The notes under the pieces were generated by a model that saw nothing but the letters and a program-made list of their open reading frames with translations, made no database searches and was not told where the DNA came from. Positions 50,979 to 61,427 of a stretch of DNA of 64,000 nt are shown piece after piece. The position numbers were made by a program, and so were the translations under genes. The DNA is taken from the NCBI GenBank assembly GCA_963745235.1, contig CAVUXE010000054.1:1-64000 (forward strand). Reading direction: 5' to 3'. The number at the start of each line of letters is the position of its first letter. Within the stretch, counting starts at the first letter, position 1. The stretch is from an uncultured Spirochaetota bacterium (GTDB taxonomy: Bacteria; Spirochaetota; Spirochaetia; SZUA-6; Fen-1364).

Positions 50979-51940
50979 CAGCGGCACCTCCAGCAGGCAG
51001 CCATGTGTCCAGGAGCGATCTCCGAAAGCGGCGGTTCCGCGCCGCATTTGTCAAACGCAACGGGGCACCGAGGGCGGAACCGGCAGCCCGCGGGCGGCGC
51101 CAGCAGGTCGGGAGGGGAGCCGGGAATGAACGCAAGCTCGCTGACTTTCTCCCGCAGGCGCGGCGTTGCCGCAAGCAGCATCTTCGTATAGGGATGGCAG
51201 GCCCGGCCGCCGAATATCGCTTCGTTGGATGCCGTCTCCGCCACGCGGCCCGCGTACATCACCAGCACCCTGTCCGCCACCTCGGCTTCCGTGGCCAGGT
51301 CATGCGTGATGAAGATGAGGGAGAGGTCCAGCGTCTTCTTCAGCTGCTTGATCGTGTTGAGGATCTGGGCCTGCACGATGACGTCCAGGGCCGTGGTGGG
51401 CTCGTCCAGGACGACCACCCGCGGCTCCAGGAAGAGCGCCATCGCAATCACCACTCTCTGCTTCATGCCGCCCGAAAGCTCGTGCGGGTAGCGGCCGGCG
51501 ACATCCGGGGGAAGCCCCACCAGCCCCAGGTAACCCTCGATGATCCTGCGCGCCTCGGCCGCGGGCGTCTTCCTGTGCCGCTGCAGCGTCTCGTTCATCT
51601 GCCTGCCTATCGTGAAGACCGGGGTGAGGCTGTTCATGGCGCCCTGGAAGACCATGGAGATTCTCTCCCACCGCACCTGCCTGCGCACCTGCTCGTCCGT
51701 GAGGGACAGGATGTCCACGCCCTCCACCATGACCCTCCCCGCGACGATCCTCCCCGGCGGCGCCGGCATGGCAAGGAGCGCCGTCCCGAGGCTCGTCTTG
51801 CCGCAGCCGGACTCACCGACAAGGCCGAGGGTTTCCCCCCGCTGAAGCTCGAAGCTCACATCGTCCACGGCGCGCACGGGACCGCGCCGGGTGAAGTAGT
51901 GAAGGGAAAGATTGCGCACAACGACCACCGGATCAGCCAT
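50978..51940 (-). CDS. Peptide ABC transporter ATPase (OppD-like)
   Basis: [25 protein letters not shown]. Confidence 0.93.
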   Translation of the reverse strand: MADPVVVVRNLSLHYFTRRGPVRAVDDVSFELQRGETLGLVGESGCGKTSLGTALLAMPAPPGRIVAGRVMVEGVDILSLTDEQVRRQVRWERISMVFQGAMNSLTPVFTIGRQMNETLQRHRKTPAAEARRIIEGYLGLVGLPPDVAGRYPHELSGGMKQRVVIAMALFLEPRVVVLDEPTTALDVIVQAQILNTIKQLKKTLDLSLIFITHDLATEAEVADRVLVMYAGRVAETASNEAIFGGRACHPYTKMLLAATPRLREKVSELAFIPGSPPDLLAPPAGCRFRPRCPVAFDKCGAEPPLSEIAPGHMAACWRCR

Positions 51941-51951
51941 CCGCCGCCTTC

Positions 51952-53403
51952 CTACCGCGTCCTCAGCTTCGGGTGGAGGATCCTGTCCATCGCGAAACCG
52001 ATGAAGGAGAACGTCATGCCCATGAGAGCGATCATGAGCCCGGGCGGGACCACCCACCACCAGAGGCCGCCAAGGACCGCGCCGCCCGTGAAGGCGTCAT
52101 GGAGGATCTGACCCCAGGTGACGATGGTTGCGTCCCCCAGGCCAAGGAGGCTGACGGTGGATTCGTAGACCACCGCGCCTGGAACGGACAGGGCCATCGA
52201 AGCGAAAGCGTAGGGGATGAGGAGGGGGACCATGTGGCGGAAGATGAGCCGTGCGCTTCCGGCCCCCAGGGCGCGGGAGGCCTCGATGTATGTCTCCTCC
52301 CGGATGGAAAGCGCCATGGCGTAGACGGTCTTCACCGGTCCTGTCCAGAAGAAGACGGACATGATCACGATGAGAAACCAGATGCTCGGCTTGAAGATCG
52401 CACTGATCACGATGAGCAGAGGCAGCACCGGCTGGTTGGAGAAGATCTCGAAGATCCTCTGCATGACCCAGTTGACCGGACCTCCGAAGTATGCGGCGGT
52501 CACTCCCCACACGACGCCGATTGCCACGGACACGAACGCGGTCAGGAGGCCAATGAGCAGGGCCCACTTGATGCCCGCAATGAGGCCGCTCCAGAGGTCT
52601 CTCTTGGAGTTGTCTGTACCCAGCAGGCCGTTCACGCGTCCGGTGACCACCAGCCGGGGATCCGAGATCTGCGCGGCCGCCGTGGGCAGCACCGCGAGCA
52701 GGGTCAGCTTGTACGCGCCTTTGAGAGCCTGGGGTCGGGCAAGCATCCCGGGTCCCGCCTGGGAGAACAGGACAGTTGTCGGACGGATGCGGTCCACGTC
52801 CACTGCGGCCATGGCGTCAGCAGACTCGCTTCCCTGCAGGAGCCCCATAGCTGCCTGCCCGGCGCTCTTGTCGATGGATATGCGAACATCCATCCCGCTG
52901 CCGGCTGAGACCTGTTCCTGGTCCAGCGTGATCTCCGCGCCGTCCGGACGGGTCAGCGTGATTGCCACCGGGATTTCCCCTGTTCCGCGGAAATGGACGA
53001 CGAGGTCGCGAGGCGGAAGGTCATAGGGGTACGGGTATGTGAAGACAGTGGTCACGAGGCGCGCGGCGTCCGATGTTTCCCGGGAGCTCAGAGAAGGGCC
53101 AAGCACAAGAGAAACGGCGGACTTGCGCGCGGCAAATGCGTTTGTCCACACCGGCGGGGCGCTTGCCGGCTGCTCGTCCCAGTAGGTGATGTCATGCCAG
53201 CGGGAGCTCGTTTCGGGAAACGTCACGAGGCGCTTTTCGAAAACGGCGCCGGCGAGGAACAGGGCAAGCATGAAAAAGCCGGCAACCCCGGCAGGCTCGC
53301 GGCCGAGCTCGGAGAAAAGGTCGCGCAGCCATGGCCGCGCCGGCGGGCGCGGCACACGGTGGTCCTCCTGGCGTCGATTGCGCGGGACCTCCACGCCGCT
53401 CAC
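51952..53403 (-). CDS. Peptide ABC permease (OppC-like, large extracellular insert)
   Basis: LGTD...RD, YIEASRALGA, WWWVVPPG. Confidence 0.9.
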   Translation of the reverse strand: MSGVEVPRNRRQEDHRVPRPPARPWLRDLFSELGREPAGVAGFFMLALFLAGAVFEKRLVTFPETSSRWHDITYWDEQPASAPPVWTNAFAARKSAVSLVLGPSLSSRETSDAARLVTTVFTYPYPYDLPPRDLVVHFRGTGEIPVAITLTRPDGAEITLDQEQVSAGSGMDVRISIDKSAGQAAMGLLQGSESADAMAAVDVDRIRPTTVLFSQAGPGMLARPQALKGAYKLTLLAVLPTAAAQISDPRLVVTGRVNGLLGTDNSKRDLWSGLIAGIKWALLIGLLTAFVSVAIGVVWGVTAAYFGGPVNWVMQRIFEIFSNQPVLPLLIVISAIFKPSIWFLIVIMSVFFWTGPVKTVYAMALSIREETYIEASRALGAGSARLIFRHMVPLLIPYAFASMALSVPGAVVYESTVSLLGLGDATIVTWGQILHDAFTGGAVLGGLWWWVVPPGLMIALMGMTFSFIGFAMDRILHPKLRTR

Positions 53404-54440
53404 GCGGAAGCCCCGGTCTTTATCCGCGGATCCAGCAACCCGTAGATGAGATCCAGCACCGCGAGCCCGGCGATGTACAGGCCGGTTGTCACGGCCAGGA
53501 GACCGAGCGTCACAGGGGTGTCACCCTGCTCAATGGAGATCCAGTAGAGGTTTCCCATGCCCGGCCAGCTGAAGATCCCCTCGAAGATGATGTTGCCGAA
53601 CACCGACGTGAGCAGGGAAAGAATGGCGATGGTGGTGAGGGGAGGCGCCGCCGCGCGCATTGCATGGCCGAAGAGCACCGTTCTCTCCGGCAGGCCCCGG
53701 GCGCGGGCGGCTGTGATGTAGTCTTCCTGGAGGATGCTCAGCACGATGTTTCGCGCCAGGAGCGCCACGCCCCAGAAGCTCACGATGACCAGCGTGACAA
53801 CCGGAAGGACCATGTGCCAGGCCAGGTCCAGGATCCCCGCCAATCCCTGCGGGGGAGGGATCGAGTGCATGCCCCCTGATGGGAAGAGGGGGAGCATGTA
53901 GGCCAGGACCATGATGACGATCATGGCCACCCACCACGTGGGAAGACCGTAGACCACCATGGTGATGACGGAGGCAGACCTGTCCAGGGTCCCGCCGGCT
54001 CTCTGTGCCTGCTTCAGGCCGAGCCAGACTCCCAGCAGCACCTGGAGCACGATGGAGGTGGTGAACAGGAGCGCTGTGCGGGGAACGGTCTCCATGATGA
54101 TCCGCCACACGCTGCGCTCCCCGCGTGAGCTCTTGATGGTGATGGAGTTGCCGAACTGCAGGGTCACGGCGTCGATGGCGCGCCACAGCACCCGCACGGG
54201 CACGGGCTGGTCGAGATGGGAGACATGGAAGAGATAGGCCCGCCTTTGCGCCACGAAGGCCTGCACCTGCAGGGCGGATGCGTTCTTCAGCCTCGCCGCT
54301 TCGGGCTGCAGGGACTCTTCGATCTGCGCGCGCAACGTCCTCTCCGCGGTGGCGGTGAAGAGGACCGAGAAGATGAGCATCTCGATCACGAAGATGGCCA
54401 TTGCGTTGAGGATCCGTCGAATGGCGAAAACAGGGTACAT
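53400..54440 (-). CDS. Peptide ABC permease (OppB-like)
   Basis: EDYITAARARGL, E.IFSWPGMG. Confidence 0.92.
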   Translation of the reverse strand: MYPVFAIRRILNAMAIFVIEMLIFSVLFTATAERTLRAQIEESLQPEAARLKNASALQVQAFVAQRRAYLFHVSHLDQPVPVRVLWRAIDAVTLQFGNSITIKSSRGERSVWRIIMETVPRTALLFTTSIVLQVLLGVWLGLKQAQRAGGTLDRSASVITMVVYGLPTWWVAMIVIMVLAYMLPLFPSGGMHSIPPPQGLAGILDLAWHMVLPVVTLVIVSFWGVALLARNIVLSILQEDYITAARARGLPERTVLFGHAMRAAAPPLTTIAILSLLTSVFGNIIFEGIFSWPGMGNLYWISIEQGDTPVTLGLLAVTTGLYIAGLAVLDLIYGLLDPRIKTGASA

Positions 54441-54449
54441 CGGGGATCC

Positions 54450-56999
54450 CTAGAAAAGGACCATGGTGGACGATTCCACGGACGGCGTCTCCCGGCGCAG
54501 TTGCGACTCGGCCAGGAGGGTGTAGGTCCCGGCCAGAAGCGTCCTGGTGTCCGCGGCGGGGAGAGTGACGGAATATTGGCCCGGCCGCACAAAGACCGCC
54601 TTGTACTTCTTTTCCCCGCCCGCAAGGACAAGGGTCAGGGTCACGCGCGCCGTCGCGTCCGCCGGCGCCGCGGCTGTCTCTGGATATTCGATTGTCGAGA
54701 CTTTGATGGCAACGACGAGCGGCTTCCCGTGCAGCGCGAGCGGAGGCGGCGTTACTGAGTCGATCCTCGTGGTCGCAATCCTGAAATACCTGTTCCAGAA
54801 GCCGGCCTCGAAGGGGTACGACGGATCCCGGAAAGCCGAAAGCTCGACGAAGCTAGCGGTCGGATCCACCGCGTTGATGAAGAACGGGCCGTTGTTGATG
54901 TACGCGTTATGATGAGCGTCAATCCAGGCGATTGCCGCCTTGTACCGGGCCACGCACTCCTCCGGCGTGGTGAACTGCCTGATGGACGCCGGCACGTAGG
55001 AGGCATCCACGAAATCCTGGAGCTTTGCCTTTATGTCCTCCAGGCACCTGGGGGCCAGCACGTCCACCTCGGTGTAGGCGGGGTCAGAGGAAAAGCTCCA
55101 CGCGGTTCCTGACTTTCCGCCCTCCGCCACCATTTTCGCCAGGGCTTCGACGATCTCCCAGGAGCAGTTCACCGGCTGTCCTGAGGCGCTCACCGACGTG
55201 TACAGCGCGCCGGATGAGCCAATGCGGTCCGGGTCCATGTGGTTGAAGTCGTAATAGACAGTGATGGTTGTGTCGGGGTTGATCACGATCCCCTTGATGA
55301 TGTCCTGCCCGGGCCGCATGACGCTTTCGTAACCCGCGTCGTACATCCGGTCCTTGTCACCGACCTTCGTGATCCATTTCCAGACAAAGGCCTGAGCATA
55401 CATGATATCCGCAATTCCGATGGGAATCCCCGTATGCCAGTTGCCCCACTTGTACGTGTAGGTTGCCCTGCTGAAAGAGCTCACGCCCGGCCCCACGGGT
55501 ACCCACGCGGACTGCCGAGGGTCGTACACGATGGCGTCCGCGGGCACGGGAATCTGCCCCTGGACCGCCGGCTCTCCCTTGTCGCCGGATCCCACGCTTA
55601 CCTTCGTCAGGACGTCCTGCCAGCTCGCTCGAAGGGGCGCATCTTCCGCCGTGTTGGGGGTCACGAACGTCGCCCTGTCCACTGTCGGAGCGGATATGAA
55701 CAGGCTGTACATGTCCTTGAAGCCGTCCACCCCTACGGGGTCCCAGGCGCTCGTGAAAAGAGATCCCCGCGCGGAAAGCTGCGTGACACGCAGCACTTTT
55801 TCACCGTCTTTTTCCGGCTTCACGTCCGCGGTGATGAGAGACCATGCGTCCAGCCCGTCCCCCAGGCCATACACCATCCGCCGGTTGAACCTGGCCTTGT
55901 TGACGGCGAACAGCTGGGACTGGTAGGAGACCTGGATGCGCGTTGCTTCCTTGAGGCCGAGCTCGGTTGCCCGAAGGATGGCGTCCCAATACTCGTCGGC
56001 ATCCTTGAACTGGCCGTTCTGGACCTTGCGGGTGAGGGCGTCTATTTCGTCGTTCGTGTATCGCCAGAAATGCGGGTTGGCGCCGCCAGCCTGGTAGCCC
56101 TGCCAGGGCGCATACCACTGGGAGACGATGTTGTCCCAGTATCGGCGGGTGTCCCCTGCGCCCCAGCCCTCGGTGTAGATGTTCCATTCATAGCGCGCCG
56201 GATCATCCTTGTACGCAACTTCGATGCACTTCGCCCTGTCCCACTCCAGCCTTTCCACCCGGATGCCCGCTTTTTCGATCTGGTCCGCGATGTAACGGCC
56301 TTCCTTCAGCCGGCCGTTGGGCTCATCCACCCTTATCAGGACCTTCACCGTGAGGTCAGCGCCGTTCCATTGCCAGAACGTGTCTCCCTTGACGAGCTTT
56401 CCCCGGAGGGCAGGCAGCTGTGACGCTTTCTGGAGCGCGGAGGTGATGTCCTGGACGGCCTTCTTCTCGTTCCCCGTCGGTGTCATTCCGAGCTTCACTG
56501 GTATGAGGTTGTAGCGATACGTGCCGGGCTGACCGGGTGTCGCCATGGTGAACAGGGGGCCGCCGGCGCCTCCCAGGATCTCGTCAACGATGTACTTCCT
56601 GTTGATGAGGAAGTTGAGCGCGTACCGCACGTCCCTGATGGCAAACGGATTGAAGTATTCCCTGCCGTCAACGGTGACGGTGTAGGGCGCCTCGTTGGGA
56701 ATGGGGTTGACCATGAGGGACCAGCTGCCCGAAGGTACGTTGTACACGTCCAGCTTCTTCTGCGTGTCGGCCGGGAGCGATCGGTAGGTATTGCCCTGGA
56801 CCGGGTACAGGAACACGTCCGTCCTGCCTTCCGCCGTGTCCTTCAACCCGATGTCTTCCTGCATCCGAACGTCGAACAGGACCCTGTCGACAATAGGCCC
56901 TTTCTTCGGCTGCTGCGTGGATTGAGCCGGGAGAGCCAGGGCAGAGCTGACCGCCAGCATAAGAACCAACGACAATCGTGTCCGCACGTCGCGCCCCAT
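54450..56999 (-). CDS. Peptide ABC substrate-binding protein (family 5, ~850 aa)
   Basis: Signal peptide from MGRDV; NPF....VR.ALN.LINR..IV; C-terminal Ig-like domain. Confidence 0.88.
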   Translation of the reverse strand: MGRDVRTRLSLVLMLAVSSALALPAQSTQQPKKGPIVDRVLFDVRMQEDIGLKDTAEGRTDVFLYPVQGNTYRSLPADTQKKLDVYNVPSGSWSLMVNPIPNEAPYTVTVDGREYFNPFAIRDVRYALNFLINRKYIVDEILGGAGGPLFTMATPGQPGTYRYNLIPVKLGMTPTGNEKKAVQDITSALQKASQLPALRGKLVKGDTFWQWNGADLTVKVLIRVDEPNGRLKEGRYIADQIEKAGIRVERLEWDRAKCIEVAYKDDPARYEWNIYTEGWGAGDTRRYWDNIVSQWYAPWQGYQAGGANPHFWRYTNDEIDALTRKVQNGQFKDADEYWDAILRATELGLKEATRIQVSYQSQLFAVNKARFNRRMVYGLGDGLDAWSLITADVKPEKDGEKVLRVTQLSARGSLFTSAWDPVGVDGFKDMYSLFISAPTVDRATFVTPNTAEDAPLRASWQDVLTKVSVGSGDKGEPAVQGQIPVPADAIVYDPRQSAWVPVGPGVSSFSRATYTYKWGNWHTGIPIGIADIMYAQAFVWKWITKVGDKDRMYDAGYESVMRPGQDIIKGIVINPDTTITVYYDFNHMDPDRIGSSGALYTSVSASGQPVNCSWEIVEALAKMVAEGGKSGTAWSFSSDPAYTEVDVLAPRCLEDIKAKLQDFVDASYVPASIRQFTTPEECVARYKAAIAWIDAHHNAYINNGPFFINAVDPTASFVELSAFRDPSYPFEAGFWNRYFRIATTRIDSVTPPPLALHGKPLVVAIKVSTIEYPETAAAPADATARVTLTLVLAGGEKKYKAVFVRPGQYSVTLPAADTRTLLAGTYTLLAESQLRRETPSVESSTMVLF

Positions 57000-57023
57000 C
57001 AGGGTGAGTATATTAGTGTGAGT

Positions 57024-57884
57024 ATGGTCTCGCAGTCCATCCATCCCGAGACGCTCATCGGGCCGGTCACGATTCGAGTGGCTGACGCTTCCCGTTCGCT
57101 TCGCTTTTACCAGGAAGCCCTTGGTTTCAGGCCCGTCGGCCACGTTGCCGGCCTGCCCGCGCTCGGGGCGCCGGGAATGAGGGACGGTGCACCCGTGGTC
57201 GTGCTGAAGGAGGTCCCGGGAGCGCGCCCCGCGCGTCATGCATCGGGCCTCTATCACTTCGCAGTCCTGCTCCCCGGCCGCCCTGCCCTGGCAAGGGCGC
57301 TTCGCCGGCTCGCCAGGGCGCAGGTCTCCATCGGTCAGGCGGACCACCTGGTCAGCGAAGCCCTGTATCTCTCCGACCCTGACGGCAATGGGATCGAAAT
57401 CTACCGCGACAGGCCGCGTGACCAGTGGGGGTGGGATGACGGCAGAGTCCGGATGGCAACCGACCCCCTGGACCTGGAGGACCTGCTTCGGGAAGCGGAG
57501 AGCGAGCCGGACTCGCCGGACGCGCTCCCGCCGGGCACCCGCACCGGCCATGTGCACCTGCAGGTTTCCGACGTGCAGGAAGCGGTCCAGTTCTACCATG
57601 GCATCCTTGGCTTCGACATCGTTGCAGCCTGGCAGGGGGCCGCTTTCCTCAGCGCCGGCGGCTATCACCATCACATCGGGTTGAACAGCTGGGGCTCCCG
57701 CGGCGCGCCCCCGGCTCCACCGGGCGCAACGGGCCTGGAGTCGTTTGTTATCAAGGTTCCCGACACGGAAGAGCAGTCGCGTCTTGCCGAACGGCTGCGA
57801 GAAGCCGGAGTCCCGGTTGAGGAAACCGACGGCGTTCTTCGCGCCCGCGATCCGTGGAACGTCGGCCTGGAGGTGATGCCGTGA
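57024..57884 (+). CDS. VOC-family protein (CatE-like catechol 2,3-dioxygenase)
   Basis: GLYHFA, DHLVSEALY..DPDGNGIEIYRDR, GHVHL, GGYHHHIGLN.W. Confidence 0.9.
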   Translation: MVSQSIHPETLIGPVTIRVADASRSLRFYQEALGFRPVGHVAGLPALGAPGMRDGAPVVVLKEVPGARPARHASGLYHFAVLLPGRPALARALRRLARAQVSIGQADHLVSEALYLSDPDGNGIEIYRDRPRDQWGWDDGRVRMATDPLDLEDLLREAESEPDSPDALPPGTRTGHVHLQVSDVQEAVQFYHGILGFDIVAAWQGAAFLSAGGYHHHIGLNSWGSRGAPPAPPGATGLESFVIKVPDTEEQSRLAERLREAGVPVEETDGVLRARDPWNVGLEVMP

Positions 57885-58522
57885 AGATTGCCGTGATCGG
57901 GATCACGGGCCGGATCGGGAGCAGGATCGCGCAGGAGGCGCTTTCCCGAGGGCACGAGGTAACGGGAGTTGCGCGTGATCCCCCGAAAGTGACTCTTACG
58001 CACCCGAAGCTGCGCGTCATAAAGGGAGATGCCCTGGATCCGGCCTCCGTTGCCGCGGCAGTGGCGGGCCATGACGTGGCGGTGGGCGCAATCGGGCCGG
58101 ATCCGCAAAAAGGCGTGGGGACGCTCCTGACGGATGCGGCGCGCGCGCTTATTGACGGCGTGAAGCGAGCCCATGTCCGGAGGCTGCTCATTGTCGGCGG
58201 CGCTGGAAGCCTGGAGGTGGCCCCGGGGGTCCTGCTCATGGACTCCCCCCAGTTCCCAGCGGACTGGAAGCCGATTGCCAAAGCGCATGCCGACGCGCTG
58301 GACATGTATCGCAAGGAAAAATCCCTCGAATGGACGTACCTGTCGCCTGCCGCCATGATCGAGCCGGGCACGCGCACCGGAGCATACCGGACAGGGGATG
58401 ACAAGCTCCTGAGCGACGCGCACGGCAACAGCAGGATCAGCATGGAAGATTTCGCGGTTGCAATTCTGGAGGAAGTGGAAAAGCCACGCCACGTCCGCAA
58501 GCGGTTCACCGTGGCATACTGA
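57881..58522 (+). CDS. NAD(P)-dependent oxidoreductase (YwnB-like)
   Basis: GITGRIG, VGGAGSL, WTYLSP, IS.EDFA. Confidence 0.9.
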   Translation: MKIAVIGITGRIGSRIAQEALSRGHEVTGVARDPPKVTLTHPKLRVIKGDALDPASVAAAVAGHDVAVGAIGPDPQKGVGTLLTDAARALIDGVKRAHVRRLLIVGGAGSLEVAPGVLLMDSPQFPADWKPIAKAHADALDMYRKEKSLEWTYLSPAAMIEPGTRTGAYRTGDDKLLSDAHGNSRISMEDFAVAILEEVEKPRHVRKRFTVAY

Positions 58523-58540
58523 AATCTATCGAGGTGCGAT

Positions 58541-58990
58541 ATGAACAGGGCATTCTTGATCGTCGTGGGCGTGATCTTCTGTGTCTTTCCCGCGGGCTCA
58601 CTTGCCGCGCAATGCACCGCCACGCAGGGTGAGCTCCTTGACGCATCCTACAAGCCCGAGGCACCCATGCGCGCAAGCGTGGGGTCGGGGTATGTTCTCA
58701 CGGGAATCGTTCGGGCCTCCGGTGATTGCCGGCCCATTGCGGGAGCCACGGTGGAGCTCTGGCTTGCCGGGCCCAACGGGTATTCAGACAACTACTCGGG
58801 GACCGTGGTGGCGGACAAGAGCGGCCACTACAGGTTCCAGAGCCCCTTTCCGTCCGCGTCAACCGGTCGCCCTCCCCATATCCACATGAGAGTGGCGGCG
58901 GACGGCTTCCTGCCCATTCAGACCGAGTGTTTTCCCCGGAAGGGCACGGCAACGGGAGTTTTCGACATCGTCCTGGAGCCGGGGGGATGA
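58541..58990 (+). CDS. Secreted intradiol dioxygenase-like protein
   Basis: Signal peptide; LTG.V....C.PI.GA.VELW, GRPPHIH. Confidence 0.75.
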   Translation: MNRAFLIVVGVIFCVFPAGSLAAQCTATQGELLDASYKPEAPMRASVGSGYVLTGIVRASGDCRPIAGATVELWLAGPNGYSDNYSGTVVADKSGHYRFQSPFPSASTGRPPHIHMRVAADGFLPIQTECFPRKGTATGVFDIVLEPGG

Positions 58991-59017
58991 TGCGCGCGGG
59001 CTGAGCCCTGCCACCCC

Positions 59018-60406
59018 GTGAACCTCGCTGAACGAATGGCGGCGCTCCCGCCGCCCCTGCGCATTGCTGACGCCCGAAGAACCCTCAGGGACACGCTCCT
59101 GGGGTCGGGAACGAGGCTTGTCGCGATAGACGATGATCCGACCGGCACGCAGACAGTCCACGGGGTGCGGGTCTTCATGGAATGGTCGGTGCGCACCCTC
59201 CGTGAAGCCTTCGCTCTCCCCGAGCCCCTGTTTTTCATCTCGACGAACTCCCGCAGCCTGTCGCGAGCCGAGGCGACGGCCTTGGCTCACGAGGTGGGGA
59301 GAAATCTCAGCGCCGCCGCGAGGCAGGCTGGCCGCAGATTTCTCGCTGACTCTCGGAGCGACAGCACGCTGCGCGGCCACTTCCCCGCGGAGGTGGACGC
59401 CCTGGCCGCCGAGCTGGCGGGAGCGGTTGACGGGGTGATCCTTGTGCCTGCCTTTTTCGACGCGGGGCGCTACACCATCGACAACGTGCACTTTGTGGAC
59501 ACGGGACGCGAGCTTGTGCCCGCAAGCGACACGGAGTTCGCGAAGGACCCCGATTTCGGGTTCACGCACGCGGACCTGCGTGAATGGGTGCAGGAGAAAA
59601 CCTCTGGTCGAGTGCGGGCGGACCAGGTGATCCCCCTTTCTATTGAAGATATTCGACGGGGAGGGCCGGAGAAGGTCGCCGAAAAGCTTGCGGCCGCGCG
59701 AAACGGGATCCCCATTATCGCGAACGCCGCCTGCGACGAAGACCTGGAAGTTCTTGCCCTGGGCGCGCAGGCCGCGGAAGGGCGCGGCAGGAGCTTCCTG
59801 TATCGCACAAGCGCGTCATTCGTCAAAGTTCGGGCGGGAATCAGCGACAGGCCCCTTCTCAGCCGGTCGGAAATGGAGCCGGGCCCTGGACCGGGGCTCG
59901 TCATTGCAGGCTCCTACGTCTCAAGGACTTCAGAGCAGATCCGGCGCCTCCTGGAGCCCGGCCGCGTCGTGCCGGTGGAGTTTTCTGTCCCCCTGCTTCT
60001 CCACGGGAGCACTCGGGCGGAAGAAATCCGAAGAGCCGCTCATACGGCCTCGGAGGCGCTTGCGCGCGGCACCACTGTCCTTGTGTTCACCACGCGTGAG
60101 AAACATTCCTCCTCCGACTTCCTTGCCGCCGGCAGGATCGTCATGGACGGGCTGTGCGATGTCGTCCGCGGCATTCGGCAGAAGCCCGGCTTCCTGGTGG
60201 CCAAGGGAGGAATCACGAGCATCGCGATTGCGCGGACGGCGCTGGGCTGCTCCGAGGCGCGCGTGCTCGGGCAGGTCCTCAAGGGAGTTCCCGTGTGGCG
60301 CCTCGGGGCCGCATCGACGTGGGGCGATATTCCCTACGTCGTGTTCCCCGGAAATGTCGGAGACCAGACCGCGCTCCTTCGCGTCGTGGAAGCGCTCACG
60401 GGGTGA
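59018..60406 (+). CDS. Four-carbon acid sugar kinase family (DUF1537)
   Basis: DDDPTG.QT, DSTLRGH, AKGGITS, FPGNVG. Confidence 0.9.
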   Translation: MNLAERMAALPPPLRIADARRTLRDTLLGSGTRLVAIDDDPTGTQTVHGVRVFMEWSVRTLREAFALPEPLFFISTNSRSLSRAEATALAHEVGRNLSAAARQAGRRFLADSRSDSTLRGHFPAEVDALAAELAGAVDGVILVPAFFDAGRYTIDNVHFVDTGRELVPASDTEFAKDPDFGFTHADLREWVQEKTSGRVRADQVIPLSIEDIRRGGPEKVAEKLAAARNGIPIIANAACDEDLEVLALGAQAAEGRGRSFLYRTSASFVKVRAGISDRPLLSRSEMEPGPGPGLVIAGSYVSRTSEQIRRLLEPGRVVPVEFSVPLLLHGSTRAEEIRRAAHTASEALARGTTVLVFTTREKHSSSDFLAAGRIVMDGLCDVVRGIRQKPGFLVAKGGITSIAIARTALGCSEARVLGQVLKGVPVWRLGAASTWGDIPYVVFPGNVGDQTALLRVVEALTG

Positions 60407-61286
60407 GGGACCAGTCTTTGAGCGCCTGCAGGAGACTGGGAGGCATTGCCAATTGGAAGCGGGCGCCGTTGGCCTCTATCTCCGCTGCCGCTTCCCCCAC
60501 CGAAACGCCCTGAATCCGCGCTCGAGGAATCAGGAAACAGTCCACCCCGTAGGGATGGAGGGATTTCACAGGGTCGCGCATCAGGACAAGCTCATACGGG
60601 CTCAGGATCAGCAGGTGGCCGGTCCTGGTCCGTCCCCGCCTTCGGGAAGGCTCCGCTTGGAATCGAAAGACCCGGGGAGCGCCTTCATCCAGAGTGGAAA
60701 AAGGAATATTGAGAAGGAAGTTCCATTTGAAGGGGATCTCGGGGCTCTGCGGCGGCTCGCACGGAACCTTCAGCCGGGGACCTGCCACCTTCTTTCGAAG
60801 CTCGAGCAGCGCCGGCTCCATCATGCGTCGGCACACCAGGTTGTAGCGGATGGTCACGCGTCTGGCAGACGAGAGGAAGCTCAGCCTCCCGTACAGCAGG
60901 ATCTGTACGTCCTCCACGCCCGCCAGCTCATCCAGGCCGATAGTCACCCGTATCCCCGGCTCGGGCTTTTCCGTCCAGAGACCGACAGCGCGGCCTCCAA
61001 GGGCAAGGATCTCCAGGGGTGTGATCACCTTCCCGGTTCCCAACCCTGTGGATCTCACCGAAGGAGGGATGACCAGGAGTTGTTGAAGTGTTTTCACGCC
61101 GCACTGATCCTTGAGTAGTTCCCAGGCGCCGGCGGGGAGGTCTTCCTGTGTCCTTGGAATGTAGGGGTGGCCGGCGTAGATTCCGCGAAAATAGAACCCG
61201 CCTTCCCGTTCCGTGTAGGGGCTTTCCCAGCTTTCCGCCGGATCCTCGGCCTTGCGCCGCACCTTGATCAATTCAGCAACTTTCAT
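60396..61286 (-). CDS. Hypothetical protein
   Basis: Protein-like ORF from MKVAEL; no motif recognised. Confidence 0.6.
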   Translation of the reverse strand: MKVAELIKVRRKAEDPAESWESPYTEREGGFYFRGIYAGHPYIPRTQEDLPAGAWELLKDQCGVKTLQQLLVIPPSVRSTGLGTGKVITPLEILALGGRAVGLWTEKPEPGIRVTIGLDELAGVEDVQILLYGRLSFLSSARRVTIRYNLVCRRMMEPALLELRKKVAGPRLKVPCEPPQSPEIPFKWNFLLNIPFSTLDEGAPRVFRFQAEPSRRRGRTRTGHLLILSPYELVLMRDPVKSLHPYGVDCFLIPRARIQGVSVGEAAAEIEANGARFQLAMPPSLLQALKDWSLTP

Positions 61287-61427
61287 ATGCCCCAAACGGT
61301 ATTCGTCCGGACGCGCGCTGTCAATTGCGCTCGACCGCCCTCGACCGCCCCGCAATGCTCAGGTCGTTCACGTCCATTTTGTGGTATATACTGGGGGAGA
61401 AAATCGCACTATCTCAGGGGGAGAGCC

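Noticed and set aside
54450-57674. 1074-aa ORF as listed in the track
   Set aside because: The N-terminal part is antisense to the CatE-like gene; the signal peptide begins at 56999.
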